A stretch of DNA of 64,000 bases, taken from the NCBI RefSeq assembly GCF_963921235.1, contig NC_086097.1, forward strand, positions 226,426,001 through 226,490,000. Reading direction: 5' to 3'. The notes beneath the pieces are model-generated. The model was not told where the DNA came from. It did no database searches and saw nothing but the letters and a program-made list of their open reading frames with translations. The stretch is from Mobula hypostoma (Eukaryota). Every line of letters begins with the position of its first letter. Position 1 is the first letter of the stretch. The position numbers and the translations under genes are program-made. Shown here piece by piece: positions 1 through 14,085 of the stretch.

Positions 1-19
1 AACACAAGTCTTGAAAATG

Positions 20-1008
20 AGCCCATAGTTGTGGGAAAAGTTTAGTGACAGGGCAAGTGAAGTTGAGTACCGTTATCCCCACTGGTTCAAGAGCCTGATG
101 GTTGAGGGATAATAATTATTTCTCACCCTAGTGGTGTGGGTCCTGAGGCTCCTCAATCTTCTTCCTGATGGCAGCAATGAGAAGAGATCCTGGCCTTAGT
201 GGTGGGTTCCTTAACGATGGTTGCTGCTTTCCTGTGACAGTGTTCCATGTAGATGTGCCAATAGTGGTGAGGGCTTTACCGTGATGGACTGAGGCATCTC
301 CACTATTTTGGGTAGGATTTTCCATTCCAGGGGATTGCTATTTCCATGCCAGGCTATGATGCAACCACTCAGTATACTCTCCACCATATATCTTTGGAAG
401 TTTGTCAAAGTTTTAGATGTCATGCTGAACTTTCACAAACTTCTAAGGAGTTAGAAGTTCTGCCGTGTTTTCTTCATAATTGCATTTACATGCTGGGCCC
501 AGGACAGATGGTCTGAAGTGATAACATCAAGGAATTTTAAATTGCTGACCTTCTCCATCTCTGATCTCCCTAAGAGGGCCAGCTCATGGACCTCCGGTTT
601 CCTCCTGCTGAAGTCAACAATCAGCTCTTTGGTCTTGCTGATACTGAGTAAGAAGTTTATGTTATAGCAGCACTAAGCCAGTTGTTCATTCTCCCTTCTA
701 CATGCTGATTTATCACCAGCTTTGATTCAGCCAACAACAGTGATGTCATCAGCAAACTTCAAAATGGCATTGAGATTGTGCTTAGCCACACAATCATAAG
801 CGTAAAGCAAGTAGAGCCGGGGGCTAAACACAGAGCCTTGTGGTGCATCCGTGCAAATGGAAATTGTGGAGGAGATATTGTTGCCAATCTGATCTGAATG
901 GGGTCTGCAAGTGAGGAATTCAAGTATGCAACTGCACAAGGAGGTATTGAGGCCAAGGTCTTGAAGCTTATTGATTAGTTTTGAGGAGATGATGGTATGA
1001 AATGTGAA
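20..1008 (-). mobile_element. Rex1/Babar-type non-LTR retrotransposon, decayed RT and 3' region
   Basis: ORF 727..939 gives 'TDAPQGSVFSPRLYLLYAYDCVAKHNLNAILKFADDITVVG', the RT motifs PQGCVLSP and FADD typical of Rex1-type LINEs; frameshifted. Confidence 0.8.
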
Positions 1009-1124
1009 AGTAAAGGCAGGAGCATGGTAAAAAGCTAAAATATAATTAACAAAATATTTTAATAGTACAAGAATTATATTTTCAAATAGTTTTAGTGACT
1101 TAGAGAATTTACTAAGCAGTAATT

Positions 1125-2020
1125 CTGGAGCTGCTCTGAAGCAAGCTACCCTAGCTAGCTGTACCCTATCTGAAGGTAGACTATGAACTTCCTGACAGGA
1201 AGGAAGCAGTATGTAAAGCTGGGCTCCTATTCGTCCAATCCAATGTCTATAAGCACAGGCTCTTCTCCGAGCTGTGTTCTTTCACCCTTCCTGTTCTCAA
1301 TTCATACAAATGACTGTGCCTCCACAGACCAATCCTTTAAAATCGTAAAGTTGGCGGATGACACAACTGTAGTTAGTCTGATCGCTAATAATGTTGTGAC
1401 CTGCTATCGGAGAGGTAGGCTGTCCTGCAGCATGTTTGCTCATTACAACTTGGAGCCTAATGCTATCAAGACAGTGGAAATGAGGACCAACTTCCACTGA
1501 CAACCCCTTACCTGCCCCCTCCCCCCTTGGAAATTAATGGTCAGGCTATGCCAGTGGTCAAGTCATTCAAATTCCTGGGGACTATCATTACCATACATTG
1601 AAGTGAGACAAGCATGTTATGTACATCACTAGGAAAGTCCAGCAGAAATTGATCTTCCTACACCACCTTAGGAAACTCAGGGCATATCCTGATGAATTTT
1701 CACTCAGCCATCATTGAGAGTGTTGTGACCACCTCTATCACCATTTGGTTTCCCACTACCTCCTCTCTCTCCAAGTCCATGTTGCAGCGACTGGTCCACT
1801 CAGCGGAGAAGATCCGGTCATCAGCTACCAACGTTAAAAGACATTAAAAGACCTGTCATCATCCGAAGAGAAGAGATGAAAAAAATTACTGATGACTCCA
1901 TCCACAACATTCACCAAATTGCCATCAGTGAGGCGCTACAAGTCCATCACCACCAGGACTACATATCATCTCCAAAGCTGTTTCCTCATAGCTATCCAGC
2001 TTTGCAACAAAACTCATTCA
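1125..2020 (+). mobile_element. Rex1-like LINE RT fragment (different subfamily)
   Basis: ORF 1183..1500 'NFLTGRKQYVK...CVLSPFLFSIHTNDC...VKLADDTTVV'. Confidence 0.75.
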
Positions 2021-2084
2021 GGTGTAGTATCCTAACTGTATTCTAAAATCTGTTAAATAGTATTTCCTGCTCTCATTGTTCGGT

Positions 2085-2735
2085 TGAGAATTAGGCCATT
2101 CAGCCCATCAAGTCTGCTCTGCCATTCCATCATGGCCGATCCTGGTTCCCACTCAACCCTATACACCTGCCTTCTTGCCAAGTCCTTTGATGTCCTGACT
2201 GATGAGGAAACTATCAGCTCCCACCTTAAATATAAGCACAGTCTTGGCTTCCACCACAGTCTGTGACAGAGCATTCCACAAATTCACCACTCTCTGGCTA
2301 AAAGAAATTCCTCCGTGCCTGTGTTCTAAAGGGTCACCCCTCAATTTTGAGGCTGTGCCCTCTAGTTCTGGCTACCCCCACCATACTCCACATCCACCCT
2401 ATCTAGTCCTTTCAATTCGGTAGGTTTCAATGAGATCCCAGTGCATTCTTCTAAATTTCAGTGAGTACAGGTCAAACACTCCTCATATGTTAACCCCTTC
2501 ATTCCTGGAATCATCCTCGTGAGCCTCCTCTGGACTCTCTCCAATGATAGCACACTTTCTGAGATATGGGGACTGAAACTGTTGCCAATACTCAAAGTGC
2601 AGCCTGATTAGTGTCTTACAAAGGCTCAGCATTATCTCCTTGCTTTTATGTTCTACTCCCCTTGAAATAAATGCCAACATTGCATTTGTCTTCTTCACCA
2701 CAGACCCAGCCTGTAAATTAATCTTCTGGGAGTAT
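2085..2735 (-). mobile_element. CR1-type LINE 3' fragment
   Basis: 'FSQRVVNLWNALSQTVVEAK' and 'NAMLAFISRGVEHKSKEIML' are CR1 ORF2 C-terminal motifs. Confidence 0.8.
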
Positions 2736-2829
2736 TCACATACTGGCGATAAATTTACCTTGATTCTGATTCTGATTATAGCGCAGGTGAGAATAAAGAC
2801 AGTATAGGCTGTGGACATGCATTGAATCA

Positions 2830-3960
2830 TACATAGTCATAGAGTCATAGAGAAATACAGCATGGATACAAGTCCTTTGGCCCATCTAGTCCATTCCAAA
2901 ACCAATTAAACTACCTACTCCCAATGGCCAGCACTGGACCATAGCCCTCCATATCACTGCCATCCATGTACCTGTACAAACTTCTCTTAAATGATGAAAC
3001 TGAGCTTGCATGCACTACTTGTGCTTGCAGCTCTTTCCCCACTCTTACAACCCTCTGAGCGAAGAAGTTTCCATTCATGTTCCCCTTAAGCTTCTCAGTT
3101 TTCATCCTCAACCCATGACCTCTGATTGTAGTCCCACTCAACCTCAGTGGAAAAAGCCTGGTTGCATTTACCCTATCTATGGCCCTCATAATTTTGTATA
3201 GCTCCTCTCAACCTTCTACATTCTAAGGAGTAAAGTCCTAAGCTATTTAATCTTTCCTTATAACTCAGGTCCTCCAGACCTGGCAACATCCTTGCAAATT
3301 TTTGCTGCACTCTTTCAACATCTTTCCTGTAGGTAGGTGACCAAAACTGCATGTAGTACTCCAAATTAGGCCTCACCCACATCTTCTACAACTTCAACAT
3401 AACATCCCATCTTCTGAATTCAATACATTGATTTATGAAGGCATGTGCCAAAAGCTTGCTTTATGACCCTTTCTACCTGTGATGCCACTTTCAATGAATT
3501 ATGGACCTGAATTCCAAGATCCCTTTGTTCCATCACACTCCTCAGTGCCCTACCGTTCTCTGTGTAAGACCTAATCTGGGTGGTCCTACAGAATTGCAAA
3601 CCTCGGACTTAACTACATTAAATTCCATCTGCCATTTTTCAGCCCATTTTTCCAAATCCCTCCACAAGCTATGATAGCCTTCCTCATTGTCCACTACACC
3701 TCCAATCCTGCTGTCATCTGAAAATTTGCCAATCCAGTTAACCACATTATCATTGATATAGATGTCAACAACAGACAACCCAGCACCAATCCCTGCAGCA
3801 CGCCACTAGTCACGGGCCTCCAATCACAGAGGCAGCCCTCTGCTACCACTCTCTGGTCTTTCCCACAAAGCCAATATCTAATCTAATTTGCTTCCTCATC
3901 CTGAATGCAAAGTGACTGAACCTTCTTGACCAGCCTCCCGTGAGCAAATTCATCAAATGT
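2830..3960 (-). mobile_element. CR1-type LINE 3' fragment with short-repeat tail
   Basis: 'VRPNLEYYMQFWSP', 'KFSDDSRIGGVVD', 'FFAQRVVRV'; catagagt-type tail repeats at ~2830-2850. Confidence 0.85.
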
Positions 3961-4094
3961 TTAAGCTGCTGACAATTTCATGGTGTAATAATGAAAGCCA
4001 ATAGTTTTGCTGTAAATAAAACTGCAAAATATTGGATGTAACTTTATGAAAGTATGCAAAATTGTAATGATACTAAAAGTTTAACCAGGTGTAG

Positions 4095-4375
4095 GTCACT
4101 ATGGTAATGTAGCAATTAGCACAATGCTAGAACAGCTCAGGGCATTGGAGTTTGGAGCTCCATTCCAGTGCTGTCTGTTAAGAGTTTGTATATTCTACCT
4201 GTGACCTTGTGGGTCTCCTCCTCGTGCTTCTGTTTTCTTCAGGTGCACCGATTTCCTTTCACAGTCGGCAGGTTAATTAGTCTTTGGCAATTGACATGTG
4301 TTTGGCTGGGGTTAATGAGCAGCCCGGCTCATTATGCTGGAAGGGCCGATTTTGCAATCTATCTCTAAGTAATAA
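4095..4375 (+). mobile_element. decayed tRNA-derived V-SINE-like element
   Basis: Degenerate tRNA-like head followed by 'gagtttgtatattctacctgtgaccttgtgggtctcctcc', resembling the V-SINE core. Confidence 0.5.
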
Positions 4376-4955
4376 ATAAGTAGTGTTACTTAAAATGAAA
4401 ACAATGTGACACTTCTGAAAAAGCAATAGTAGAATGTGTCTGATAAAAGACATTATTGGTTAATTCCTTTTAATGCAAAAAGTGAGGAACAAGGAGAAAG
4501 ATTTTGAAAGGAATACAAAGTATTCTGAAACAACTGGACTTTTGTGTGAAACTGTGAGGGGTGTCTTGTTATTTCTTTGAACGAATGAGTGAAGTATGCC
4601 AAGTATCTTCCTCATTTCTGAGTATCTTGTGAACTTCCATATCATTGTATGTGTTCCATACAATCAGGTTTATAATCACTGACATACTGTGTGTCATGAC
4701 ATCTGTTGCTTTGCGTCGCAGTACAGATTAACTCATTAAAAATTACGCTAAGTTACAGTAAGAAATATAAACTAAATAAATAAATTGTACTGAAAGTAAG
4801 CAAAATAGTGAGAAAGTGTTCATGGGTTCACAAACCATTCAAAAATCTACACAGCCAAGCCCAGAATAGCATTTCCTCGTCATTAGCTTTTGCCAGGATT
4901 TGCTATCAATTGTCATTGGATCATGTTATGATGACATCTATCACTGATACAGAGT

Positions 4956-5108
4956 AACACTCACAACACGCTGGAGGAACTCAGCAGGTCGGGCAGCATC
5001 CGTGGAAAAGATCAGTCGACGTTTCGGGCCGGAACTCCTCGTCAGTTCCTCCAGCGTGTTGTGAGTGTTGCTTTGACCCCAGCATCTGCAGATTATTTTG
5101 TGTTTACG
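4956..5108. mobile_element. short palindromic Penelope-type element with hammerhead core on the - strand
   Basis: Inverted arms aacactcacaacacgctggaggaact / agttcctccagcgtgttgtgagtgtt; 10-bp TSD gatacagagt at 4946-4955 and 5109-5118; - strand reads CTGACGA...GAAACGTC at 5018-5045. Confidence 0.7.
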
Positions 5109-6242
5109 GATACAGAGTGCTTTCCTGAGACACAACATTATCAGACTTGTATCAATGCAGTCAGGTCCTGACAAGACCATATGGCAGGCACTGTCTACTG
5201 CAGATATGCAGATTTGTGTGGGGTGAATATTTTGCCATAGTTACTATCTCAAGTTATGTGTGAATGCCAATGCTGATACATCAAGTGATGTGATTGGTAG
5301 AGTCACCCATTCAGACAAACAGCAACAACCCTTGGAAAGGGCTGAGGAACGGGAATAAGTTGTAATCTGTGAGGAACATAATTTCTGAAATGCTTGATAG
5401 AAGGCATCTGTGGTGCAATATTGGAAATGTAGTCCTACATATTGAGAACAACACTGTGGAGTGACTCTAAGCAGCATGTACTACATGACAGTTAATTGTA
5501 CACATAGGTTGATTAACCAATTGCCTTTCCTTTTGAAGAAATCTCAGTAGTAATCTAAAATAAATGCAATGAGGTTAATTTTTTTCAGTTATGCTGTGTG
5601 TACGTTTAATAGTTCACTTTTGGCCATTAACATTTTGATGCATGTACATTGTTTATCTTCTACTATCCAAACCATTGAGAGCATAATGCTTGTCAATTGG
5701 TGCCTCATGACACTAATGATTATACACTGCTTTCTACTGAGTCATGATATTTGTTTCTGTCAGCACTTTAAGTTCCAAGCTGGCCGCCTTCCATGGCTGA
5801 TTTTTGGCACACATTAAGAACGTGTTGGGTGGCTATGGAGTTATTGAGATGCACATTCTCATCCAAGCTGCCGTTAATTTGTCCTAGATATCAAGTATTT
5901 CTTTCCGATGGTCGCAGACCCAGCGAAAACAAATCATTGGCAGTGAGTGATGTGTGAAATTCATCAAGTTCCTCTCAATCTAATCTTCAAATCTCCAAAG
6001 CTATCTATTGAGGGCTAAGTTCCCACATGGCCACACTTGAAGGATTTGTAAGGGGAAAAAATGGGTCCTAGATATTTGATTGCATAGCAGAGGGAATCTT
6101 AACACAATCCAAGTTGCTACATGCCACACTGGTAAGGCACTTGCAGTATTTAGTTCCAGTGCTTTTTGTTATTGGTTCATACACAGAGAGGGTATGCAGT
6201 GCAGTGATATCAGTATGGAACCATTCTATATGTTGAATATTT

Positions 6243-6465
6243 TACACTTTACTTTATATTTTATACTTAATTGTCGCCAAACAATTGATACGAGAGTGTA
6301 CAATCGTCACAGTGATATTTGATTCTGTGCTTCGTGCTCCCTGGAGTACAAATTGATAGAAAATATTAAAATTTTAAATTATAATTCATAAATAGAAAAT
6401 AGAAAAGGGAAAGTAAGGTAGTGCAAAAAAACCGAGAGGCAGGTCCAGATATTTGGAGGGATCCA
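6243..6465 (-). mobile_element. 3' end of Rex1-type LINE (same family as 17812-18985)
   Basis: Closely matches 17820-18035 (tgtcgccaaacaattgatac...gcaggtcc.gatatttgga). Confidence 0.8.
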
Positions 6466-6574
6466 GGTCATCAGTGGAGATCCAAAGAACTGGAAGCAAT
6501 GGAATGAAGATTTTATCTCTAGATGTCTGAAAGAAAGATGTGGAAATTTCAATCCACCTGGAGCCTGGGATGAA

Positions 6575-6680
6575 GGGTCCTAAAGAAAGGTATTGGCCCA
6601 AGACATTGATTCTTTATTCCTTTCCATACATGTTGCCTGACCTGCTGAGTTACTCCATTATTTTGTATGTATTACTCTGG
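6575..6680 (+). mobile_element. decayed Penelope-type terminal repeat remnant
   Basis: 'tgttgcctgacctgctgagttactcca' motif shared with the palindromic elements; hammerhead core degraded. Confidence 0.5.
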
Positions 6681-7171
6681 AGACCAGGAGGCAGCTTTGG
6701 CTAGTGTATCCCGTCAAATGATTGATCGGCCTTTGGGGCAATTCATCATAAATTTACTATAATGATATCTAGACTCAAGATTAAATTATGAGGAATGATC
6801 TTAGAAGCAAGCTTCATTTTCTCTCAAATTTAAAATCTGTATGGTCAACAGATGGAAGCTTTCAAGAAATTAAGGGTTTAACTTGATTTACTAATGCTGA
6901 GGAATCGAGAGCAAATGGTATTGTCTAATTAGAACTAATTCTAATCAGGAGGGAAGTCAGGATGTCTACTGAAGTTGAGAAATCGGGAACTTCCTTTTGC
7001 ATATGACAATTGATTCTCGAGACTAATAGATCATTGTTAATGTGTTATGCAAAAAGGTTGTTGAATGAGCACTTGGAATGATCAAACTATACTTGATGAG
7101 AATAAACATCATTCGTCCACCAAAACCCATCATTGTGCAACAGCCATCTGAAATATTATGCTGTTGTCTTT

Positions 7172-7580
7172 AGGTGGGTGGCGGGGTCGAGATAATCTCT
7201 ACCAAAGGAGGTGTAAGGTGCTCCTTCCCTCTGCAGATTACCCTTAGGCAAGGAGTAGCACCTGCTTAGCACTCCCCCCCCCAATCAGAGTTATGTAAAG
7301 CCTCAGGAGCAGGTGGTGGATGGTCGTATGAGAAACTGGTGCATATCTCAGATCCCAGTTCTGTGACCACAAGCGCCTGGCAGACAATCTCTGAAGAGTA
7401 TTGATAATGATTAGAGGCACCCATCTTGTAACAACACTGCCTAGAAGAAGGAAATGGCAAACCAAATCTGTGGAAAAATTTGCCAAGAATAATCATGGTC
7501 CTGATGTAGACCATAATCGCCCACATCACATGACATGAAACAGAATGATGATGATCATACAACATGGCGCATAACGATGA
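7172..7580 (+). mobile_element. RTE-related SINE/non-autonomous element
   Basis: 3' part 'agaagaaggaaatggcaaaccaaatctgtggaaaaatttgccaagaataatcatgg' resembles RTE/Bov-B-type 3' ends; (gat)n tail. Confidence 0.5.
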
Positions 7581-8239
7581 TGAGACTATAGGGTTATTGA
7601 GTGGATTAGTGATTGAAGAGAACAACAGAGAGTCATGGGTTAGAGAATGCAGTGGAGAAGAAGAAGGATTGGGCAGAAGGAGGTTCCATAGAAGAATAAA
7701 GAGCTAGAGTTGGAATTGGTGTAGGGATGATAAAGTCAGGCTTAGGGAAGGGAGGTAGAGTTGGGAGGAAGAGGAAATATTGAAATATCCATGAGGGTAG
7801 ATACACAAAACAAGATCGACACTAGCGTGCAATGAAATTCCAATTCCTTGTTGGTTATAATATAATACATTGGTCAATGCAAAACAGCAGTTTTGCTCAC
7901 AGTTTGGAGTGCATTCTGAAGTAGTGCAAAAAAAAAGATAAATGACAATCATGAGATAACTGAGAGAGGTAGAGCCAAGGCTACATGATTGTAGCAGCGG
8001 ATGTACAAGAGGTGATGAGTAACAGGGTCTAATGGTTGTAGGGTAGAAGCCACACCTAAGTTTAAACGTCCTTAACTTCCAGATCCTGTATCTTCTTCAA
8101 AAAGGTAGAAGAGCAAAAAGGAAACAGCCAGTGTGGCAGGCATGCTTGGTGAAACTACTGACCTTCCTGAACCAAAGCACTATGAAGGTGGATTGGATGG
8201 AAGAAGTGAGAAAACTATGTTGAAATGGACGGGGGTCCA

Positions 8240-10325
8240 TAAGATTTAAGACATAGGAGCAGAATTAGTTCTGTTCCATCATCCCTCATGGCTGATCCCA
8301 GATCCCACTCATCCCCATACTCCTGCCTTCTCACCATATCCTTTGATGCCCTGACGGATCAGGAAGTGATCAACTTCTGCCTTAAATATAAGACCATAAG
8401 ACCATAAGATATAAGAGCAGAATTAGGCCATCTGGCCCATCGAGTCTGCTCCACCATTCAATCATGGTTGATCCTTTTTTCTATCTCCTCCTCAACCCAC
8501 AGTTCCCGGCCTTCTCCCCGTAACCTTTGATGCCATGTCCAGTCAGGAACTTATCAATCTCTGCCTTAAATACACCCAACGACATGGGCTCCACAGATGC
8601 CTGTGGTAACAAATTCCACAATTTCACCACCCTTTGGCTAAAAAAATTTCTCCACATCTCTATTTTGAAGGGATGCCCCTCTCTCCTGAGGTTGTGCCCT
8701 CTTTTCCTATACTCTCCCACCCTGGGAAACATCCTTTCCACATCAACACTGTCTAGGCTTTTCAACATTCAAAAGGTTTCAATGAGATTCCCCCCTTATC
8801 CTTCTGGGTTCCAGTGAGTACAGGCCCAGAGCCATCAAACGTTCCTCATATGGTAACTCTTTCATTTCTGTAATCAACCTTCTGAACCTCCTCTGGACTC
8901 TCTCCAATGCCAGCACATCTTTTCTAAGATGAGGAGCTCAGAACTGTTCAGGATACTCAAGGTGAGGCCTCACCAGTGCCTTATAAAGCCTCAGCATTAC
9001 ATCCTTGTTCTTGTATTCTAGACCTCTTGAAATGAATGCTAACATGGCATTTGCCTTCCTCACCACTGACTCAGCCTGCAAGTTAACCTTCAGGGTGTTC
9101 TGCACAAGGACTCCCAAGTCCCTTTGCGTCTCAGATCCCTGAATCTTCCTATTAGAAAATAGTCTGCACGTTTATTTCTGCTACCAAAGTGCATGACCAT
9201 GCATTTCCCAACATTGTATTTCATTTGCCACCTTCTTGCCCATTCTCCTAATTTGCCTAAGTCCTTCTGCATCCTACCTGGTTCCTCAACACTACCTGCC
9301 CCTCCGCCAATCTTCATATCATCTGCAAACTTGGCAACAAAGCATCTATTCCATCAACTAAATCATTTATATACGGCATAAAAAAAAGTGGTCCCAACAC
9401 CGACCCCTGCGGAACACCACTAGTCACTGGCAGCCAATCAGATAAGGATCTTTTTATTCCCATGGACAGATATACACATGGACTTGGCCTCCACCACAGT
9501 CTGTAGCAAAGCATTCCACAGATTTACTATTCATTGGCTAAAAAATACTCTAAGTTCAGCCTGGCTAGTGTCTTATAAAGGCTCTGCATTATCTCCTTGC
9601 TTTTATGTTCTATTCCCCTTGAAATAAATGCCAACATTGCATTTGCCTTCTTTACCACAGGCTCAACCTGTAGATGAACCTTCTGGGAGTTTTGCATGAG
9701 GTCTCCTAAGGCCCCTCTGCACCTTTGATGTTTGAAACTTCCCCCCATTTAGATAATAGTTTGCACTATTGTTCCTTTTACCCAAATACATTATCAAATA
9801 TTACCCAACACTGTATACCAAATGCCACTTGTTTGCCCATTCTTCCATTTTGTCTAAGTCCTGCTGCAATCGCATTGCTTCCTCAACGCTAGCTACCCTT
9901 CCACCTATCTTCGTATCATCCGCAAACTTTTCCACAAAGCCATCAATTCCATTATCTAAATCACTGACAAACAATGTGAAAAGTAGTGGTCCCAATACTG
10001 ACCCCGAGGAACACCACTAGTCACTGGCAGCCAATCAAAAAAGACTCTTTCTATTCCCACTCACTGCCCCCTGCCTGTCAGCCATTCTGCTATCCAAGCC
10101 AGTATCTTTCCTGTAACACCATAGGATTTTATCTTGTTAAGCAGCCTCATGTGTGGCATTTTAACAAACGCCTGCTGAAAATCCAAGTAAGTGATATCCA
10201 CTGCCTCTCCTTTGTCTACCCTGCTTGTTACTTCCTCGACAAACTCTTAACAGATTTGTCAGACAAGATTTCCCTTTACAGAAATCATACTGAATTTGAC
10301 TTATTTTATCATTAGTCTCCAAGAC
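8240..10325 (-). mobile_element. two nested CR1-type LINE fragments (8391-~9469 inserted into an older copy)
   Basis: '[14 protein letters not shown]', 'EKFADDTKIGG', 'NFFSQRVVKLWNLLPQ'; second 3' tail (agaccata)n starts at 8391 and the first copy resumes at ~9470. Confidence 0.85.
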
Positions 10326-10774
10326 AGCATAATGGGTTTGAGTGTGTTTAGGAGTTTGTAGGGGTCAGTCAAGGATATGATCAGGCCACAGTCATGAGTG
10401 ACAGTAGTCAGAGCAAGAATAAGTAAGATCAGTGTTGAATGCCAGTGGAAAGGCTAAGGCCTCACAAACCAAAGACGTCTAATTTTGATCTCAGTTAAAG
10501 GAAACCCTTCCTTACCTGCTCTGTTGGCATGACCAAAAGTCATCCATTGTTTGTGATTTTGCCTACTATTCCACTTCATTCCTAATATAATCCAGCCAAA
10601 TCTACCACAATCCTCTTCTAGTAGGGAGAGCACTCTGTTTCTTCCATTTTGGTCAGTGGGATTGATATAGTGAGGAATGAGGTGGGGGGGGGCGGGGAGT
10701 CACCTGGGAAGTACAACTTTCACACAAGAATACATTGAAAACCATTTTCCACAGCTTTTATTTTACAATTGTTT

Positions 10775-11325
10775 ACTTTAATTCTTTAACTTGCTTACTT
10801 TGATGACTGCCCAACGACGACAGGAAACCTGCGCAGGAGAGTTTTTAAAGTGGAAGTGCTGTTGCACCAGGGCAGTTCCACTCTCAACCTCAGAAGTCTG
10901 GGTGCAGTGGTATAAACAAGCATCACAAACTGGGGTCTTGCTTGCTTGTAGTGGATGACCACGACGCCTTCTGTGCCTTGTCATACCCGCTCTCCACAGA
11001 GCATCGCAGTACCACCTTCCCAGCCATTGGATCTCACTGTAGATCTCATCTGCCCCGTCTGCCAGAGCTGGCTTCACATGCTAGGACAGGCATTCCCCAA
11101 TCTCAATAGGGTATGAGGCAGTCAACTACCCTCACCTGGCTTAGCCTGCTTGTCAAAGCACTGTACCGGAAAGTGGGCTGGTGTTGCAGGCATACAGATA
11201 TTTGGAGCCACAGGTGAGAGCAGAGCGTCCGGTGGTGACCAAAGGTGCATGAGCTGCCTCAGAATGGACACGATAAGTCCCTTCACCAGGGGTGCTACCC
11301 CTCCATGAACACCCCTTACACCCAT
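10775..11325 (-). mobile_element. probable RTE-related non-autonomous element
   Basis: GC-richer block with (aagt)-type tail on - strand, resembling RTE 5'UTR-derived SINEs; family recognised only loosely. Confidence 0.4.
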
Positions 11326-12261
11326 TTACTTTAATACCTTTGTAAATTGATAGTTCTTACCTGCACCACTTAGAATGCTGCCAGGCATGTAAACTTTATT
11401 ATGTCACTTTCAACCCCGTCATTTAGGTCAGCTATAAATATTTTAAATAATTCCAGCCTCAAAACAGATTTTTCAAAGAAACTACTAATTGTACCTTGCT
11501 AGTTTGAGTTCTTGTTTTATGTCTCCCATTGCTCAGCCACTTTCCTAGCCAGGCCAATCATTTACCATCAGTTCCGTGAGCTTTAACTTTTCTAACAGTC
11601 TCTTATGAGGGACTTTATCAAATGTCTTCTAGATGGCATCTGGCGGCATTTCCCTGTCCACTAATTTAGTCACCTCATTAAATAATCAGTCCTGTTCATC
11701 AGGCCTGACCTATCCTCAGCAGATTCATCTGGCTCTCTCTGAACAGCTGAATGTTGCCAAGGTGTTAAAAATGAATTCCCATGAGCTCCAAAGTGTGAAA
11801 GAGGTAATAGCCGCAAAATGTGTATTCAAATTAAACTGCTTTAATGCAATTTTGCTATGTACAATCTCCAGTTAGATCCAATTTCATGTTAATTTCAATT
11901 ACTTTTAGATCCCTTTAACAAAAATTTTGACATGCAAATTCTCATCAAATAGAAGGTAAACAAGAGCTTTATGTAATTATGAAGACATGCACATTTACAT
12001 TAATGTAGGATATTCTCATTATCTTTAAAATTAGGTAAGGAATAATCTCATAAAGATACTTGGTATATGTGCATATTCCTTAACTGATACTCAATGATAA
12101 TATGTAGAAAGATTAGTATAGTATTGACAAATAACTTCAATAATTATTTATCAAACTGTCACAATTCTGGTATTTTTGAATCCCTTTAAGTATGTTTTAA
12201 TTGCTTAAGTTGTTTGTACACAAACTTGCATTTTATTAGATCCCAAGCATCTTCAGGTGAA

Positions 12262-14085
12262 CATTAATGTGTACCTGTATATAATGTATGCAACCATATA
12301 ATGTATATAGAAACGAGATGTTTCTTTGGACCAGGGTATGAAGCACATAGCACACATAACACACGAAACTTATGAAGGTAAGGATTAAAATCTACAGATG
12401 AATCACACGTAAATAACAAACTAAAGTGCATTATTATTAAATATTGTAAGATACAGAACAGATTAACCAGTGACACTTCAAATCCGATGCGTCAGGGAGT
12501 TCAAAAGCCTAATGGCCGGGGGAAGAAACTGTTTCTCATCCTGACCATTCTTGTTTTTATGCATCGTAGTCTCCTGCCTGATGGTAGAAAGTCAAAGAGG
12601 ATGCTGGATGGATGGGTGGGATCCTGAATAATACTAAGGGCCCTGCATATGCAGTGCTCCTGATTAATGTCCCTGATGGAAGGTAGGGAGACCCCTATGA
12701 TCCCCTCTGCTGTTCTTACAGTCCTTTGTAGGGTCTTCAGGTCCAATGCTCAACTGCTCCCATACCAGATGGAGATGCAACTTGTCAGAACACTCTCAAT
12801 GGTGCTCCAGTAAAACACAGTTAAGAAGTGGGGTGGGAGCCTTGCTTGTCTCAATCTTCTTAGGAAGTGGAGGCGCTGCTGTGCCTTCTTGTTCAGGGGG
12901 AGTTGATATTCAGGGACCAGGTGAGGTCATCCGTGATGTGAACTCCCAGGAACTTGGTGCACTTAACTCTCTCTACAGAGAAGTCATGTATATGCAGAGG
13001 AGGACGGTTTGTCTGCACCTTCCTGAGGTCCACAATGATTTCCTTGGTCTTCTCCAAGTTCAGGCTTAGGTTGTTCCTCTCACACCGATCTACCAGCCGC
13101 TCCACTTGCTCTGTATACTCCGTCTTGTCGTCGTTATTAATGAGGCCAACCAGTGTTGTGTCATCCGCGAAATTGGTGACACAGTTTGAGCTGGATCCTG
13201 TGACGCAGTCATGTGCCTTTTGAACAGCCGCGGACTGAGCACACAGCCTTGGGGAGCATCAGTGCTTGGCGTATGGGACGAGAGACGTTGCTGCACACAC
13301 GGACTGACTGTGGCCTTACTGCTAAGTCCAGTATCCAGTTGCGAAGGGAGGTGTTGAGACCCAGTGAGGACAATTTCCCCAGCAGTTTCTGTGGTCTTAA
13401 ATGCTGAATTGAAGTCTGTAAACAGCAGCCTGGCATATGAGACCCCATTTTCCAGGTGGGGCAGGACGGAGTGGAGGGCAGAGGCTACTCCACCATCAGT
13501 GGATTGATTTGAGGGATAAGTGAACTGGAAAGAATCCAATGTAACCGGGAGAAAGGCTTTAATATGCTCCATGACCAGCCGCTCAAAGCATTTCATAATG
13601 GTTAATGTTAATGTCATAGAACGATAGTCATTTAGGCAGGTTACTGTCACCTTCTTTGGCACAGGAACAATGGTTGCTGCCTTGAAAACTGACGGGACAA
13701 TGGACTGTTCAGAGAGATGTGGAATATACCCGTCAGCACCTCGGTCAGCTGGGCTGCACAGTCTTTCAGAACCCGACCTGGTATATTATCGGGCCCTGCA
13801 GCTTTGCGCGGGTCAACTCTGGCCAGGGTCTTCCTCACCTCAACTTCAGCCAGGTAGGGTGTCTGCTCCCCTAGGGGAAGGGGTGCCTTCCACACCTGCA
13901 CTTTGTTCTGCACATAAAACCATCTGTCGAAGACAATCAGCCTTTCAGGGGGTGTAAAATCGTGGTCACTGATGTGCAGTGTAGACTTGTGGACTGTAAT
14001 CCTCTGAATTCCCTGCCACATGTGCCTCGTGTCCCTGGTATCACAGAAATGGCTGTAAATTCTCTGAGAATGCTCTGTGTCAACA
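12262..14085 (-). mobile_element. Rex1/Babar-type LINE, 5'-truncated ORF2 (RT) and 3'UTR
   Basis: 'PRKAAGPDNIPGRVLKDCAAQLTEV', 'CLNDYRSMTLT..IMKCFERLV', 'APQGCVLSP', 'KFLGVHITDDLTWS', 'LPSGRRLRCI'. Confidence 0.9.
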
